Below, piece by piece: positions 12,429 to 22,550 of a stretch of 64,000 nt of DNA. The stretch is taken from NCBI GenBank assembly GCA_964455525.1, contig CAYVWR010000003.1, positions 323,475 to 387,474 of the forward strand. Direction: 5' to 3'. This DNA comes from an uncultured Alphaproteobacteria bacterium. Lineage in GTDB: Bacteria > Bacteroidota > Ignavibacteria > OLB7. Numbering within the stretch: the first letter of the stretch is position 1; each line of letters opens with the position of its first letter. The translations under genes were made by a program, and so were the position numbers. The notes beneath the pieces are model-generated. The model had not been told where the DNA came from and did no database searches. It saw nothing but the letters and a program-made list of their open reading frames with translations.

Positions 12429-13328
12429 TTGCGAGATATGGTCGAACGCTATCGCACGATGAAGCTGATCCGGGAGACGGAGGAACGTATCCTCGAGCTT
12501 TTCTCCCAGGGGAAGCTGTTCGGGACGACACATACCTGTATAGGGCAGGAAGCCGATGCTGTCGGCATTATCGCGCATCTCGGCGAGAAGGATATCGTCT
12601 TCTCGAACCACCGGTGCCACGGGCATTACATTGCCTATACCGGAGATGTCACCGGCCTGGTGGCAGAGCTTATGGGGAAGGAGAGCGGGGTCTGTGGCGG
12701 CATCAGCGGAAGCCAACATCTCTGCCGGGGAAATTTTCATTCAAATGGCATTCAAGGGGGCATCGTCCCGAATGCCGTCGGGATGGCCTATGCCGAGAAA
12801 CGGCTCGGCCGCGATAGCGTTACTGCCGTCTTCCTGGGCGATGGTACGCTCGGCGAGGGGGTCGTCTACGAGGCGATGAACCTTGCGAGCCTCTGGGCCG
12901 CTCCGGTACTCTTTGTGATCGAGAACAATTATTACGCGCAGAGCACGCCATCGCATCTTCAGATAGCCGGGGATATCACGGCCCGCCCCAGGGCGTTTGG
13001 CATCGAGACCGTGGAGCTTACCACAACCGATGTGGAGACGATCTACGAAGCTGCCGGTGAGCTTGTCGCGACCATACGCCGTGAGAGCCGCCCTGCCTGT
13101 CTGGTGATCAATACCTATCGGCTTGCGCCGCATAGCAAAGGGGATGATAACCGCGATCCTGCCGAGATCGAGGAGCGTAGAGCCTTCGATCCGCTTGCGG
13201 TAGCAGCGCTCCGGCTTGATCCGGCCCTTGTGGAATCCATTGCTGTGGAATGCCGTGCCGCTGTCGATGAAGCTGTGGAGCGCGCCTCGCTTAGCGGCGC
13301 TGAGAATCAATCGCTGGAGGTTGCCTAG
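12429..13328 (+). CDS. Thiamine-diphosphate-dependent 2-oxoacid dehydrogenase E1 component, alpha subunit.
   Basis: TPP motif FLGDGTLGEG...VLFVIENNYYAQST (GDG-x25-NN). N-terminal RETEERILELFSQGKL...GQEA. Confidence 0.8.
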   Translation: MRDMVERYRTMKLIRETEERILELFSQGKLFGTTHTCIGQEADAVGIIAHLGEKDIVFSNHRCHGHYIAYTGDVTGLVAELMGKESGVCGGISGSQHLCRGNFHSNGIQGGIVPNAVGMAYAEKRLGRDSVTAVFLGDGTLGEGVVYEAMNLASLWAAPVLFVIENNYYAQSTPSHLQIAGDITARPRAFGIETVELTTTDVETIYEAAGELVATIRRESRPACLVINTYRLAPHSKGDDNRDPAEIEERRAFDPLAVAALRLDPALVESIAVECRAAVDEAVERASLSGAENQSLEVA

Positions 13329-14378
13329 GTGAGCCAGATGGTAGTGGAACAAGCGAACGAGACGATCACGGTGGCCGGGGCCATCAACAAGGCCCTGCAC
13401 CGGCTCTTCGAGATCGACCCCAGAGTCTATCTCGTGGGGGAGGATCTGCTCGACCCGTATGGTGGTGCCTTCAAGCTCTCCAAGGGGCTTTCCTCCCGCT
13501 GGCCCGATCGTGTTCTCCCGACGCCGATCAGCGAAGGGGCCATCGCCGGAGTCTGCGGCGGCATGGCGCTGCGTGGCCTGCGGCCGATTGCCGAGATCAT
13601 GTTCGGCGATTTCATCACGCTCGCGTTCGATCAGATCGTCAACCATATCGCGAAGTTCCGGCCGATGTACAACGGGCAAGTGCGCTGCCCGGTTACAATC
13701 CGCACCCCGATGGGGGGAGGCCGCGGTTACGGCCCCACCCATAGCCAGTCGCTTGAAAAATTTCTTGTCGGCGTTCCCGGCATCACCGTGGTGGCGCTCA
13801 GCCATCTGCATGATATTCCCGCGTTTTATGAGGCGGCCGTGCTCGGCGGCGACGATCCGACGATCGTCATAGAGCATAAGCTGCTCTACGGCCAGCAGGC
13901 GGTTGATATAAGGGGCGGACGCATGCAGGAGTTTTCCGTTGCTGCCAGCACCGCCCCGTTTCCTACGATTGTCCTTTCGCTCAGCAACTTCAAGCGCGCC
14001 GATGTTACGGTGGTTACCTATGGTGGCAGCACACGCCTGGCGCTTGCCACTGCCAGAAGGATGCTGATCGAACATGAGATCTTTGTGGATGTGGTTGTGC
14101 TCGGGCAGCTTGCCCCGATGCGGACCGATGAGGTGGTGGAAGCCGTGCGCCGTTCGCGGAGGGCTGTGACATTGGAGGAGGGGACGCAACGTTTCGGCAT
14201 TGGTGCCGAGATCGCCAGCGTCCTTGCCGAGCGGCTGTGGGGCTTGCTCCTTGCGCCGGTCCGGCGGGTGGCCGCCGCCGATGCCATCATTCCCGCCGCC
14301 CGGAATCTGGAGGATCAGATGCTTCCGAACGCGGAGCGGCTGGAACGGGCTATCCTGCAATCCATGGAATCCGCATAA
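13329..14378 (+). CDS. 2-oxoacid dehydrogenase E1 component, beta subunit (transketolase-like).
   Basis: Follows directly after the E1 alpha stop. Shows transketolase C-terminal-like architecture and the AGAINKAL motif. Length 349 aa. Confidence 0.75.
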   Translation: MSQMVVEQANETITVAGAINKALHRLFEIDPRVYLVGEDLLDPYGGAFKLSKGLSSRWPDRVLPTPISEGAIAGVCGGMALRGLRPIAEIMFGDFITLAFDQIVNHIAKFRPMYNGQVRCPVTIRTPMGGGRGYGPTHSQSLEKFLVGVPGITVVALSHLHDIPAFYEAAVLGGDDPTIVIEHKLLYGQQAVDIRGGRMQEFSVAASTAPFPTIVLSLSNFKRADVTVVTYGGSTRLALATARRMLIEHEIFVDVVVLGQLAPMRTDEVVEAVRRSRRAVTLEEGTQRFGIGAEIASVLAERLWGLLLAPVRRVAAADAIIPAARNLEDQMLPNAERLERAILQSMESA

Positions 14379-14478
14379 CAACAACGTCTCCGCCACTCTC
14401 CGTTGCAAGAGCAGGGGGCCTTGGGCCTCCGGTGTCGATACACGGCGGGAGGCCCGGAGCATCTCTACCGAGCTATAC

Positions 14479-15588
14479 ATGATTGAGATCGTAATACCCC
14501 AGCTCGATGCCAACAGCGAAACGGCCAAGCTTGTGCGGTGGGAAGCCGAGGATGGCGCAGTGGTCGCCAGGGGGGAACAGCTTTGTACCGTGGAGACCAG
14601 CAAGGCGATCTACGAAGTGGAGGCCGAGGAGGCTGGTATCCTTGTGCAGACCTATGCGGAGGGGAGCACCGTCAACTTCAATGTGCCGATAGCCTATATC
14701 GCTGCCGATGCCGAGGAGGCCGGGCGGCTTCGTGCCAAGGGGGCCGCCGCCGATGCTCCGGCGGACAATGGTGGCGCCGAGATCAGCGCAACCAAGAAGG
14801 CGGCGGAGCTGGCTAGGAAACACCGGGTCGATCTGGCGCTTGTCCAGAGCGAGGGCATCGTTACCGAGGGGGATGTGCAGGCGTATCTGAAACAGAGCGG
14901 CAAGTTGGCACCGGAACGTCCGGTGCCTGGCGCGCTGCCATCGGCGGTGAAGCGGGTTGTGGTGATCGCCGCAGGTTATGGTGCCATGCAGGTGATCGAT
15001 ATCCTTCTCAACTACCCGGATGTACGGGTGGTTGGCTGCCTTGATGATGATGTGTCGATGCATGGCCGGGAGATCTATGGTGCGCCGGTCGTCGGGAATA
15101 TATCCGATATCGCCACGTTCTGGGATGATCGGTTCTTCGATTACGCCATCATCGCTATCTCTACGAATATCCGGCTCCGCAAGAAGTTCTACGACGAGTG
15201 CGCCCGTCTTGGTATACCGATGATGAATGCCATCGACCCGACGGTACGGATCAACCGTGGCGCGGTGATCGGTACCGGTAATGTGATCTGTAGCCAGTCC
15301 CATATCGGTGTCGCTGCGCAGATCGGCGATAACAACTTTATCAGCGCCCACAATAGCATCGATCATCATAACGTGTGGGGATCGCATATCACCACCGGGC
15401 CGAACTGTGCTACGTCGGGTGGTGTAAGCGTGGGCGATGAGGTGAAGTTCGGCACAGGCGTCTTTATCCAGCCGGGCGTTACGATCGGCCGTGAGTCGAT
15501 CATCGCTTCCGGCGCGATCATCATCCGGTCGGTGCCGGAACGCCATGCGGTAAAGGTGCGGCTTCAGACGGAGATCACGCCGCTGTAG
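14479..15588 (+). CDS. Fusion protein. A lipoyl domain and a peripheral-subunit-binding domain are joined to a left-handed beta-helix (hexapeptide) sugar N-acyltransferase of the NeuD/PglD type, in place of an E2 catalytic domain.
   Basis: Lipoyl-lysine context CTVETSKAIYEVEAEEAG. Binding domain ATKKAAELARKHRVDLALVQSEGIVTEGDV. Rossmann-like VVIAAGYGAMQ plus hexapeptide repeats IGDNNFISAHNSI...VGDEVKFGTGVFI. Confidence 0.65.
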   Translation: MIEIVIPQLDANSETAKLVRWEAEDGAVVARGEQLCTVETSKAIYEVEAEEAGILVQTYAEGSTVNFNVPIAYIAADAEEAGRLRAKGAAADAPADNGGAEISATKKAAELARKHRVDLALVQSEGIVTEGDVQAYLKQSGKLAPERPVPGALPSAVKRVVVIAAGYGAMQVIDILLNYPDVRVVGCLDDDVSMHGREIYGAPVVGNISDIATFWDDRFFDYAIIAISTNIRLRKKFYDECARLGIPMMNAIDPTVRINRGAVIGTGNVICSQSHIGVAAQIGDNNFISAHNSIDHHNVWGSHITTGPNCATSGGVSVGDEVKFGTGVFIQPGVTIGRESIIASGAIIIRSVPERHAVKVRLQTEITPL

Positions 15589-15808
15589 ATGATGATGTCG
15601 GCCGCGCGGGTGCCTGTACAACGGGTTCTCGGCGATGGCGCGAAGTGCCCGCAACAACAGAAGGCAGATATCTGGACTGGCGGCTGCGCCTGTGGCCGCT
15701 GCGGTTGCAGGCACCCTATACCGGCTCCGGGGGCGCTATCCTTGTTTCCGGGAACACGGTGCCCGGCGCCATCGGCCGGGGACTCTTCTCATTTTGAATC
15801 TCTTTTTC

Positions 15809-16927
15809 ATGGCATCGACTGTTCTGATAACCGGGGGCGCTGGTTTTATCGGTTCGCATACGGCGGACCGCCTTTTACGCCTTGGCCATCGTGTACGGGT
15901 GATCGACAACCTTCTGAAGCCCGTGCATCTGCGCGGCAAGCCCGGCTATCTCTCCCCGGAGATAGAGTTTGTAGAAGGTGATGTGCGCGATAAGGATGCG
16001 CTCCGTGCGGCAATGCAGGGAGTTGATGTGATCTATCACCTTGCGGCATATCAGGATTATCATCGCGATTTCTCCACGTTCTTTCATACCAACGCGGTCT
16101 CTACGTCGCTTATCTACGAGATCATCGTCCAGGAGAATCTGCCGATACAGAAAGTGATCGTGGCCTCCTCGCAGTTTGTGCAGGGGGAGGGATTGTATCA
16201 TGATGCCGATGGGAGGCTTGTGGCTCCTACGCTTCGGCCGCTGGAACAGCTTCAGCGCGGCGAATGGGAGTTCTCGGACCACCAGGGGCGTTCCATGCAG
16301 TGGGGATGGACGCCGGAGACCCATGCAAATCCGGCCAATGCCTATGCGATGAGCAAACATTCGCAGGAGATCCAGGCCATCCGCTTTGGCCGCCGCTATG
16401 ATATCCCATCGGTTGCGCTCCGCTATTCCATCGTGCAAGGCTCGCGGCAATCGTTTTATAATACCTACTCGGGCGCGGCACGTATCTTCTGCCTGCATTA
16501 TTACTTCGATAAGGCTCCGACGCTGTACGAAGATGGCAGGCAGCGGCGCGATTTTGTGAACATCCACGATGTTGTGGATGCCAATGTGCTGGTGATGAAC
16601 GATGCCCGTGCCGATTACGAGGTCTTCAATGTCGGGGGCGGGGTGCCTTACACCGTGCGAGACCTTGCCGCTATGGTGGCGCGTGCCTTTGGCAAGGAGC
16701 ATATCGAGCCAAAGATTCCCGGCAGCTTCCGGTTTGGTGATACGCGCAATGCCTGCTCCGATATCACAAAGCTGCGCTCGCTCGGCTGGGAGCCGAAGCG
16801 GACAATGGAGGATTCGGTGCGGGAATACATCGACTATCTCCAGGCGCAGGAGAATATCGACGATATCCTGGAATATGCCGAGGCGACGATGAAACAGGAA
16901 CATGTGGTGCAGCAGGCTGTGGCCTAG
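15809..16927 (+). CDS. NAD-dependent nucleotide-sugar epimerase/dehydratase.
   Basis: VLITGGAGFIGSH glycine-rich loop. YxxxK context AYAMSK. Confidence 0.8.
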   Translation: MASTVLITGGAGFIGSHTADRLLRLGHRVRVIDNLLKPVHLRGKPGYLSPEIEFVEGDVRDKDALRAAMQGVDVIYHLAAYQDYHRDFSTFFHTNAVSTSLIYEIIVQENLPIQKVIVASSQFVQGEGLYHDADGRLVAPTLRPLEQLQRGEWEFSDHQGRSMQWGWTPETHANPANAYAMSKHSQEIQAIRFGRRYDIPSVALRYSIVQGSRQSFYNTYSGAARIFCLHYYFDKAPTLYEDGRQRRDFVNIHDVVDANVLVMNDARADYEVFNVGGGVPYTVRDLAAMVARAFGKEHIEPKIPGSFRFGDTRNACSDITKLRSLGWEPKRTMEDSVREYIDYLQAQENIDDILEYAEATMKQEHVVQQAVA

Positions 16928-17029
16928 ATCGCTGCCGGGGCGTGGCACAGGTTCCGAACGCTGATGAGGGGAGCCAAGATCCAGGCAGCGTGCGTCCGCG
17001 TTGCTCCAGGCCTCCGGCGAACCTCTCCC

Positions 17030-18094
17030 ATGCAATCAACCAACAGATTGAGCGGTAGTGCCATGCAGCTTCGTCCGAATGATCGGCGGTGGCTCGATCT
17101 GATAGCGACGCACCCTTCTGCAACGATCTTTCATCATCCCGCGTGGATCGGGGTGCTGGAGCAGTGTTACGGGTTTGCTGCGACTGTGGTTGGCCTTGCC
17201 GGTGCCGATGGTCTGCTGGCAGGGGGAATTCCGGTGATGGAGGTGCATCGAGCGCTGCGTGGCCCCCGGCTTATCGCCCTTCCGTTCAGCGATCATTGCG
17301 CCCCGGTGCTCGCTGATGATGCGTTGATGCCGGAGCTTCTCGCCGCCTTGGCAGCATATAGACGGGAACGGCAGGCGAATCGTCTGGAGGTGCGGTGGCC
17401 GTTCGAGGAACAGGCCGGTGTTTATCGCGGCGAGAGCTTGTACCTCCACCAGACCAGGCTGTCGGCCGATCCCGGCGATCTGTTCGAGCGCTTTCATCGC
17501 ACCCGCGTACAGCAGCCGATTCGCGCAGCACGTCGGCATGGGGTGGTAGTACGCCGTGCCGAGAGCATCGAAGATCTCCGTACTTTCTACCGGATGCATC
17601 TGCGGACACGCGCAAGGCTTGGAACCCCTGTGCAGCCCTTTCGTTTTTTTCGGCTGCTCTGGGAACATCTTATCGCAACGGGAATGGGGCATATCCTTAT
17701 CGCCGAACGCGATGAACGGGCAATGGCCGCTGCGCTCTTTCTTGGCTGGAACGGTGTGCTCACCTACAAGTTCAGCGCCTCGCATCGTGCCGACTGGCCC
17801 TATGCTCCCAACCATGCGTTGCTCTGGGAGGCGATCCGCTGGGGCTGCGAACATGGTTTCCGATTGTTCGACTGGGGGCGTACCGAGTTGCATCATGAGG
17901 GGTTGCGCCAATTCAAGCGGGGGTGGGATGCCGGGGAGGTTCTTTCGGCGAGCACGATCCTTGCCGATGCTCCGGTATCCGTCGATGCAGGACGTTCTGT
18001 GATGGCCAGGACCATGATGGCCGGATTCATCAAACACTCTCCTGAGTGGGTGTGCAGGACCATCGGTGAGCTATTCTATGAACACTTCGCCTGA
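17030..18094 (+). CDS. FemAB-like/GNAT-fold acyltransferase of the kind associated with polysaccharide loci.
   Basis: Overall FemAB-like pattern (FHHPAWIGVLE...LFLGWNGVLTYKF...LFDWGRTE). Start codon uncertain (17030 or 17063). Confidence 0.5.
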   Translation: MQSTNRLSGSAMQLRPNDRRWLDLIATHPSATIFHHPAWIGVLEQCYGFAATVVGLAGADGLLAGGIPVMEVHRALRGPRLIALPFSDHCAPVLADDALMPELLAALAAYRRERQANRLEVRWPFEEQAGVYRGESLYLHQTRLSADPGDLFERFHRTRVQQPIRAARRHGVVVRRAESIEDLRTFYRMHLRTRARLGTPVQPFRFFRLLWEHLIATGMGHILIAERDERAMAAALFLGWNGVLTYKFSASHRADWPYAPNHALLWEAIRWGCEHGFRLFDWGRTELHHEGLRQFKRGWDAGEVLSASTILADAPVSVDAGRSVMARTMMAGFIKHSPEWVCRTIGELFYEHFA

Positions 18095-19370
18095 AGATAC
18101 GAGCGGTCCAAACGTTCTCCGGGATGCGGCTCTGAATGCTCCCTGGAACTTCTGGCGTCTGCTGCACCCCGATATCGGGATCGAGGAGTGGCGCGAGGCA
18201 TCCGCCTATGCCTTTCATCTGCTCGGCGATCTGCCCGTGGCGCTGGCCGGAGCTGATGATCCTGTGGAGATCGTCGATCGTATCCTTACCGAGCGTCAGT
18301 TCGGACCGGACCACTGGAGGCTCTCCCCGGCCAAGCATGCCTATTATGCCTTTGCTCGCCCGATCCTTCCCGCCCGGCTTCGTCCGGCTTTACGCCGGCT
18401 GCTTCTTGTGCCGCAGCAACGTACATCGCTCCTGCGATGGCCGATCGAAGATCGTTACGTCCGCTACCAGTTTGCCATGCTGCGCTATCTGCTGGAGCAG
18501 ACCGGCGAGCCTGCTATACCGTATCTGCGGCTCTGGCCCGGCAATCGGCGGTATGCGCTGGTCCTGACCCATGATATCGAGACCGCACGCGGGCAGGAGT
18601 TTGTGCTTGAGGTGGCGGCGCTGGAGGAGCGGTATGGGTTCCGCTCCGCATTCAATTTTGTGCCGGAGGATTATTCGATCAACGCCCGATTGATCGGCCA
18701 GCTTCGCGAGCGGGGATTCGAGATCGGCGTGCATGGCCTGCGGCATAACGGCCGGCTTTTTCTTTCGCGCCGCGATTTCAATCGCGATGTTCCTCGTATC
18801 AATGCTCATCTGAAGCGGTGGGATGCCGTTGGGTTCCGTGCTCCGTTCACCCATCGCAATCCGGCCTGGATGCAGGATCTGGACGTCGAGTACGACTCCA
18901 CGTTTTTCGATACCGATCCGTTCGAGACGATCAATGGCGGCACGATGAGCATCTGGCCCTTTATGATGGGGCATTTTGTGGAACTTCCCTTTACTCTGCC
19001 GCAGGATCATACGCTTCTGTCGATGGCCGGGGAACGCTCGCCCAGAGTGTGGCTGGAGAAGATCAATTTCATAGAACGGCATGGCGGGATGGCAATGATG
19101 ATAACCCATCCCGATTATCTGCTCGATCCAACGTTTTTTGCTGTGTACGAGGAGTTCCTCCGTACGATGAGCCAGCAGAGCGGATACTGGCATGCGCTGC
19201 CACGCGATGTTGCCCGCTGGTGGCGCTGCCGCCTGCAACTCTCCGGTTACGATCAGGAGTCCATGCTTGCCGCGCTTCCCGGCTCGGCGGTCGGCATGAT
19301 CCGCCGGGGCGATGAGGGGGCGGCTGTGATGCATGCCGATGGATCGCTTTTTGTTGGGGCGGCAGGATGA
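18066..19370 (+). CDS. Polysaccharide deacetylase (NodB-type/carbohydrate esterase 4-like).
   Basis: LVLTHDIET...FEIGVHGLRHN matches NodB motifs (TFDD-like Asp, His-His). Overlaps the upstream gene by 29 bp. Confidence 0.55.
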   Translation: MSYSMNTSPEDTSGPNVLRDAALNAPWNFWRLLHPDIGIEEWREASAYAFHLLGDLPVALAGADDPVEIVDRILTERQFGPDHWRLSPAKHAYYAFARPILPARLRPALRRLLLVPQQRTSLLRWPIEDRYVRYQFAMLRYLLEQTGEPAIPYLRLWPGNRRYALVLTHDIETARGQEFVLEVAALEERYGFRSAFNFVPEDYSINARLIGQLRERGFEIGVHGLRHNGRLFLSRRDFNRDVPRINAHLKRWDAVGFRAPFTHRNPAWMQDLDVEYDSTFFDTDPFETINGGTMSIWPFMMGHFVELPFTLPQDHTLLSMAGERSPRVWLEKINFIERHGGMAMMITHPDYLLDPTFFAVYEEFLRTMSQQSGYWHALPRDVARWWRCRLQLSGYDQESMLAALPGSAVGMIRRGDEGAAVMHADGSLFVGAAG

Positions 19371-19494
19371 GAGATGCGTGGCCCCGGTGATCTGCTGGAA
19401 CGGCGTTTCTGCCCTGAATCCTGCCGGTGTTACGCAGGGGGAGCCTTTGTGTGGCATGGTGGCGATCCGGGGACAGGGGCGGTCGAGAATGTTA

Positions 19495-20184
19495 TCAGCG
19501 TGTTGCTCGCTTCCTGCTGTCTGCAATGCTTCTCATGCCCATTGCCAGGTAATAGACAAAATGGCGGCGCTGGTGGAGCGCCCAGTCGATGGCGAACCCC
19601 TGCTCCGATGCCAGCTCGTGGTACACCCGGACCATCTCCGCGATGGGGACGTTTTCCGGGTGATCGGTGCGATAGAATCGGCTGCGCCGTGCGAGCTGCT
19701 CCGCGTTGAAAAGATACGGGAACCGATGGCGCGCACGCGGTGGGGCTGTGGGGATCACGTCGAGTATGAGAATGCCCCGGTCGGCGATCACCCGAAAGAT
19801 ATGAGGGAAAAGATCGAAGTGCTCGCAGTGGCCCCCATGCAACGACATCGGGTTGTCTACAACGACAAGGTCGTATCGTTTTGAAGCATTTTTTAGCTCC
19901 TCGTAGGAGTCGGTGATAGTGATCTTTGCTTCTGGCAGGTGCCGCCGCAGAGATGGTTCCAGCCGTGCATCAAGCTCCCAGATGTCGATATCGGCAACGT
20001 GCTGCGCATAGTCGCATGTATGAAAGGCGCCGGTGCCGCCAAAGACCTCAAGGGCGTGCAGATCGCTTAGCTCGATCCCCCGGCGTTGTAGCATACGGAG
20101 CAGGCGTTGCATAGGGCTGTGCCCGAGCGCGCTTCGAGCCGAGCGTAGCAGATTTCTGAGCGACATGGATGTGCCTGTCTCCAT
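19495..20184 (-). CDS. Probable class I SAM-dependent methyltransferase.
   Basis: LEVFGGTGAF glycine-rich motif I, followed by acidic residue DIDIWELD. Length 229 aa. Confidence 0.45.
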   Translation of the reverse strand: METGTSMSLRNLLRSARSALGHSPMQRLLRMLQRRGIELSDLHALEVFGGTGAFHTCDYAQHVADIDIWELDARLEPSLRRHLPEAKITITDSYEELKNASKRYDLVVVDNPMSLHGGHCEHFDLFPHIFRVIADRGILILDVIPTAPPRARHRFPYLFNAEQLARRSRFYRTDHPENVPIAEMVRVYHELASEQGFAIDWALHQRRHFVYYLAMGMRSIADSRKRATR

Positions 20185-20247
20185 CGGCTTCGGCTGACCA
20201 TTCAGTCGAGGCCGATATTATCATGAACAACACGTGCAGCAACTTTC

Positions 20248-20955
20248 GTGAAAGCTTTCCTTCTCGCCGCCGGGCTTGGAACACGTCTGCGCCCTATTAC
20301 CGAGACCGTTCCCAAATGCCTGGTGCCGGTGGATGGGCGTCCGCTCCTTTCGCATTGGATGGATCTGCTCCAGAAGCATGGCGTAGATGAGGTGCTGGTC
20401 AATTTGCATTTTCTTCCCGATCCCGTGCGCCGGTTTGCCGAGGATTATCGTGGCCCCGTTACGATCACGACCGTGATGGAGGATGAGTTGCTGGGCAGCG
20501 CCGGTACGCTTGATGCACACCGCGAATTTGTACGTGGCGAGGAGCAGTTCTATATCCTCTACGCAGATAATCTTACCACGGCCGATCTCGGGGCGATAGC
20601 CCGGTTCAACCGTGAACATCCGGCGCCCCTTACCGTCGGGTTGTTTCATGCCGAGAACCCGTCCGCATGCGGCATTGCGGAACTGGATGCCCATGGACGG
20701 ATCGTGGATTTTACCGAGAAGCCGTCGGAGCCGAAATCGGATCTGGCGGCTGCCGGAATATATGTCGGGCGCCAGGAGCTGTTCCAGTACATCCGGCCCG
20801 ATCGTAGGCCATATGATTTCGGCGGCCATGTTATGCCGTCGCTTGCAGGGAGAATGAACGGGATTATCGTGGAGGGATATCTCCGCGATATCGGCACGCT
20901 TGCCAGTCTGGAGCGTGCCGAGCGTGAATGGAGGGAATTACATCGCGTTGGGTAA
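20248..20955 (+). CDS. hddC: Sugar-phosphate nucleotidyltransferase (D-glycero-D-manno-heptose-1-phosphate guanylyltransferase-like).
   Basis: N-terminal AFLLAAGLGTRLRPITETVPKCLVPV nucleotidyltransferase signature. Adjacent to a GHMP kinase and a SIS isomerase. Confidence 0.7.
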   Translation: MKAFLLAAGLGTRLRPITETVPKCLVPVDGRPLLSHWMDLLQKHGVDEVLVNLHFLPDPVRRFAEDYRGPVTITTVMEDELLGSAGTLDAHREFVRGEEQFYILYADNLTTADLGAIARFNREHPAPLTVGLFHAENPSACGIAELDAHGRIVDFTEKPSEPKSDLAAAGIYVGRQELFQYIRPDRRPYDFGGHVMPSLAGRMNGIIVEGYLRDIGTLASLERAEREWRELHRVG

Positions 20956-20961
20956 CTATCA

Positions 20962-21951
20962 ATGATCATTACACAGACTCCGCTTCGTATCAGCATTGCC
21001 GGGGGCGGAACCGATCTCGCCGGGTATTATCAGAAGCAGGGAGGCTATGTCGTCTCCACGGCCATCGACAAGTTCCTCTATGTCATCGTCAAGGAGCGCT
21101 TCGACGACAAGATCTATGTTGATTATTCGCGCAAGGAGATCGTTGAATCGATCGATGATATACAGCACGAGCTGGTGCGCGAGGCCGCACGGATGACCGG
21201 TATGCCAAATGGCTTTGAAGTGAACATGATGGCCGATATTCCATCGGAGGGATCGGGCCTTGGCTCTTCATCAAGCCTGACCGTGGGGCTGTTGAACGCA
21301 TTCTACCAGTATCGTGGAGAGCAGGTGAGCACCGAGCGCCTGGCCCGTGAGGCCTGCGCGATCGAGATTGATATCCTTGGCAAGCCGATCGGCCGCCAGG
21401 ATCAGTATATTGCTGCCTATGGCGGACTCTGCGGATTCGAGTTCAACCCCGATGATTCGGTGACGGTGGAACGGATCGAGATCCCATCATCGGCAAAGCG
21501 CCGTCTCGGGAGCAATCTCCTGCTCTTCTTTACGAATATCGTCCGCCAGGCCAGCATGATCCTGAGCGATCAGAAGGCGAAGATCGGCGATACGATCGCG
21601 TTTCACGACGAGATCAAGAGCCTTGCGCGCGAGGTGCGCAGTACGGTGGAGGATGGCAATTTCGACGCGATCGGCGAGATTCTGCATCGTAACTGGGAAT
21701 TGAAGAAGCAGCTTGCCAACGGTGTAAGCACCGGCGAGATTGATGCGATGTACAAAAGCGCCCGTGCCGGTGGCGCGATCGGCGGGAAGATCGCCGGGGC
21801 CGGGGGGGGAGGCTTCCTTATGGTGTATTGCCGCAGGCCCGACCAAGATAATCTGCGCGAGGCGCTTTCGTCATATCGGGAGATGCCCTTTCTCCTTGAA
21901 CCGCATGGCAGCAGAGTGATTTTTAATCAGGAACGATATAACTGGAAATAG
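20962..21951 (+). CDS. hddA: GHMP-family sugar kinase (heptose 7-phosphate kinase-like).
   Basis: GHMP motif PSEGSGLGSSSSL. Length 329 aa. Confidence 0.7.
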   Translation: MIITQTPLRISIAGGGTDLAGYYQKQGGYVVSTAIDKFLYVIVKERFDDKIYVDYSRKEIVESIDDIQHELVREAARMTGMPNGFEVNMMADIPSEGSGLGSSSSLTVGLLNAFYQYRGEQVSTERLAREACAIEIDILGKPIGRQDQYIAAYGGLCGFEFNPDDSVTVERIEIPSSAKRRLGSNLLLFFTNIVRQASMILSDQKAKIGDTIAFHDEIKSLAREVRSTVEDGNFDAIGEILHRNWELKKQLANGVSTGEIDAMYKSARAGGAIGGKIAGAGGGGFLMVYCRRPDQDNLREALSSYREMPFLLEPHGSRVIFNQERYNWK

Positions 21952-21956
21952 GAGCT

Positions 21957-22550
21957 ATGAATTTTTCCGAGTACAAGCAGTACTTGCAGCGGGCGCTCGA
22001 TTCGGTGGATGAGCGCGAAGTTGAAAGCTTTATCGAGGTGCTGTACGCTGCCTATCAGCGCGATGCGATGATCTTTGTTATCGGCAATGGCGGCTCGGCT
22101 GCAAATGCCAGCCATCTTGCGCAGGATCTCGCAAAGGGAACCTGCGCCTCGATGCAGCAGGAACGGCGTATCCGCGCACTTTCCCTGACGGATAACTTCG
22201 CCTTCTTCTCCGCGCTTGGCAACGATGAGGGCTATGACCAGGTATTTGTGCAGCAGCTTCGCACATTCTGCCGCCCGGGCGATCTCCTCGTTTCGATCTC
22301 CGGTTCCGGCAACAGCCCGAACGTCCTTCGTGCGGTCGAGTACGCAAACGAACATGGCCTGAAGACGATCGGCGTGACAGGCTTCTCCGGCGGCAGCCTT
22401 GCCGGCATCGTAGAGCATCAGGTGCATGTTCCGCTGAACGATATGTGCACTGCCGAGAGCGTGCATTCCGTCATATTCCACTACGTGATTCTGGAACTTC
22501 AGAAACGCCTGGCGGCCGAACATGCAACAACGGCGGAGGCTGCCTCGTAG
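21957..22550 (+). CDS. gmhA: SIS-domain phosphoheptose isomerase.
   Basis: IGNGGSAANASHLAQDL and ISGSGNSPNV SIS motifs. Length 197 aa. Confidence 0.8.
   Translation: MNFSEYKQYLQRALDSVDEREVESFIEVLYAAYQRDAMIFVIGNGGSAANASHLAQDLAKGTCASMQQERRIRALSLTDNFAFFSALGNDEGYDQVFVQQLRTFCRPGDLLVSISGSGNSPNVLRAVEYANEHGLKTIGVTGFSGGSLAGIVEHQVHVPLNDMCTAESVHSVIFHYVILELQKRLAAEHATTAEAAS

Noticed and set aside
12741-14603. 620-aa minus-strand ORF.
   Set aside because: Antisense to the E1 alpha/beta genes, which carry TPP-binding motifs.
15875-19526. Minus-strand ORFs of 386, 333 and 378 aa (15875-17035, 17036-18037, 18390-19526).
   Set aside because: Each is antisense to a plus-strand gene with recognisable domains (epimerase, FemAB-like, NodB deacetylase). 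No motifs of their own.
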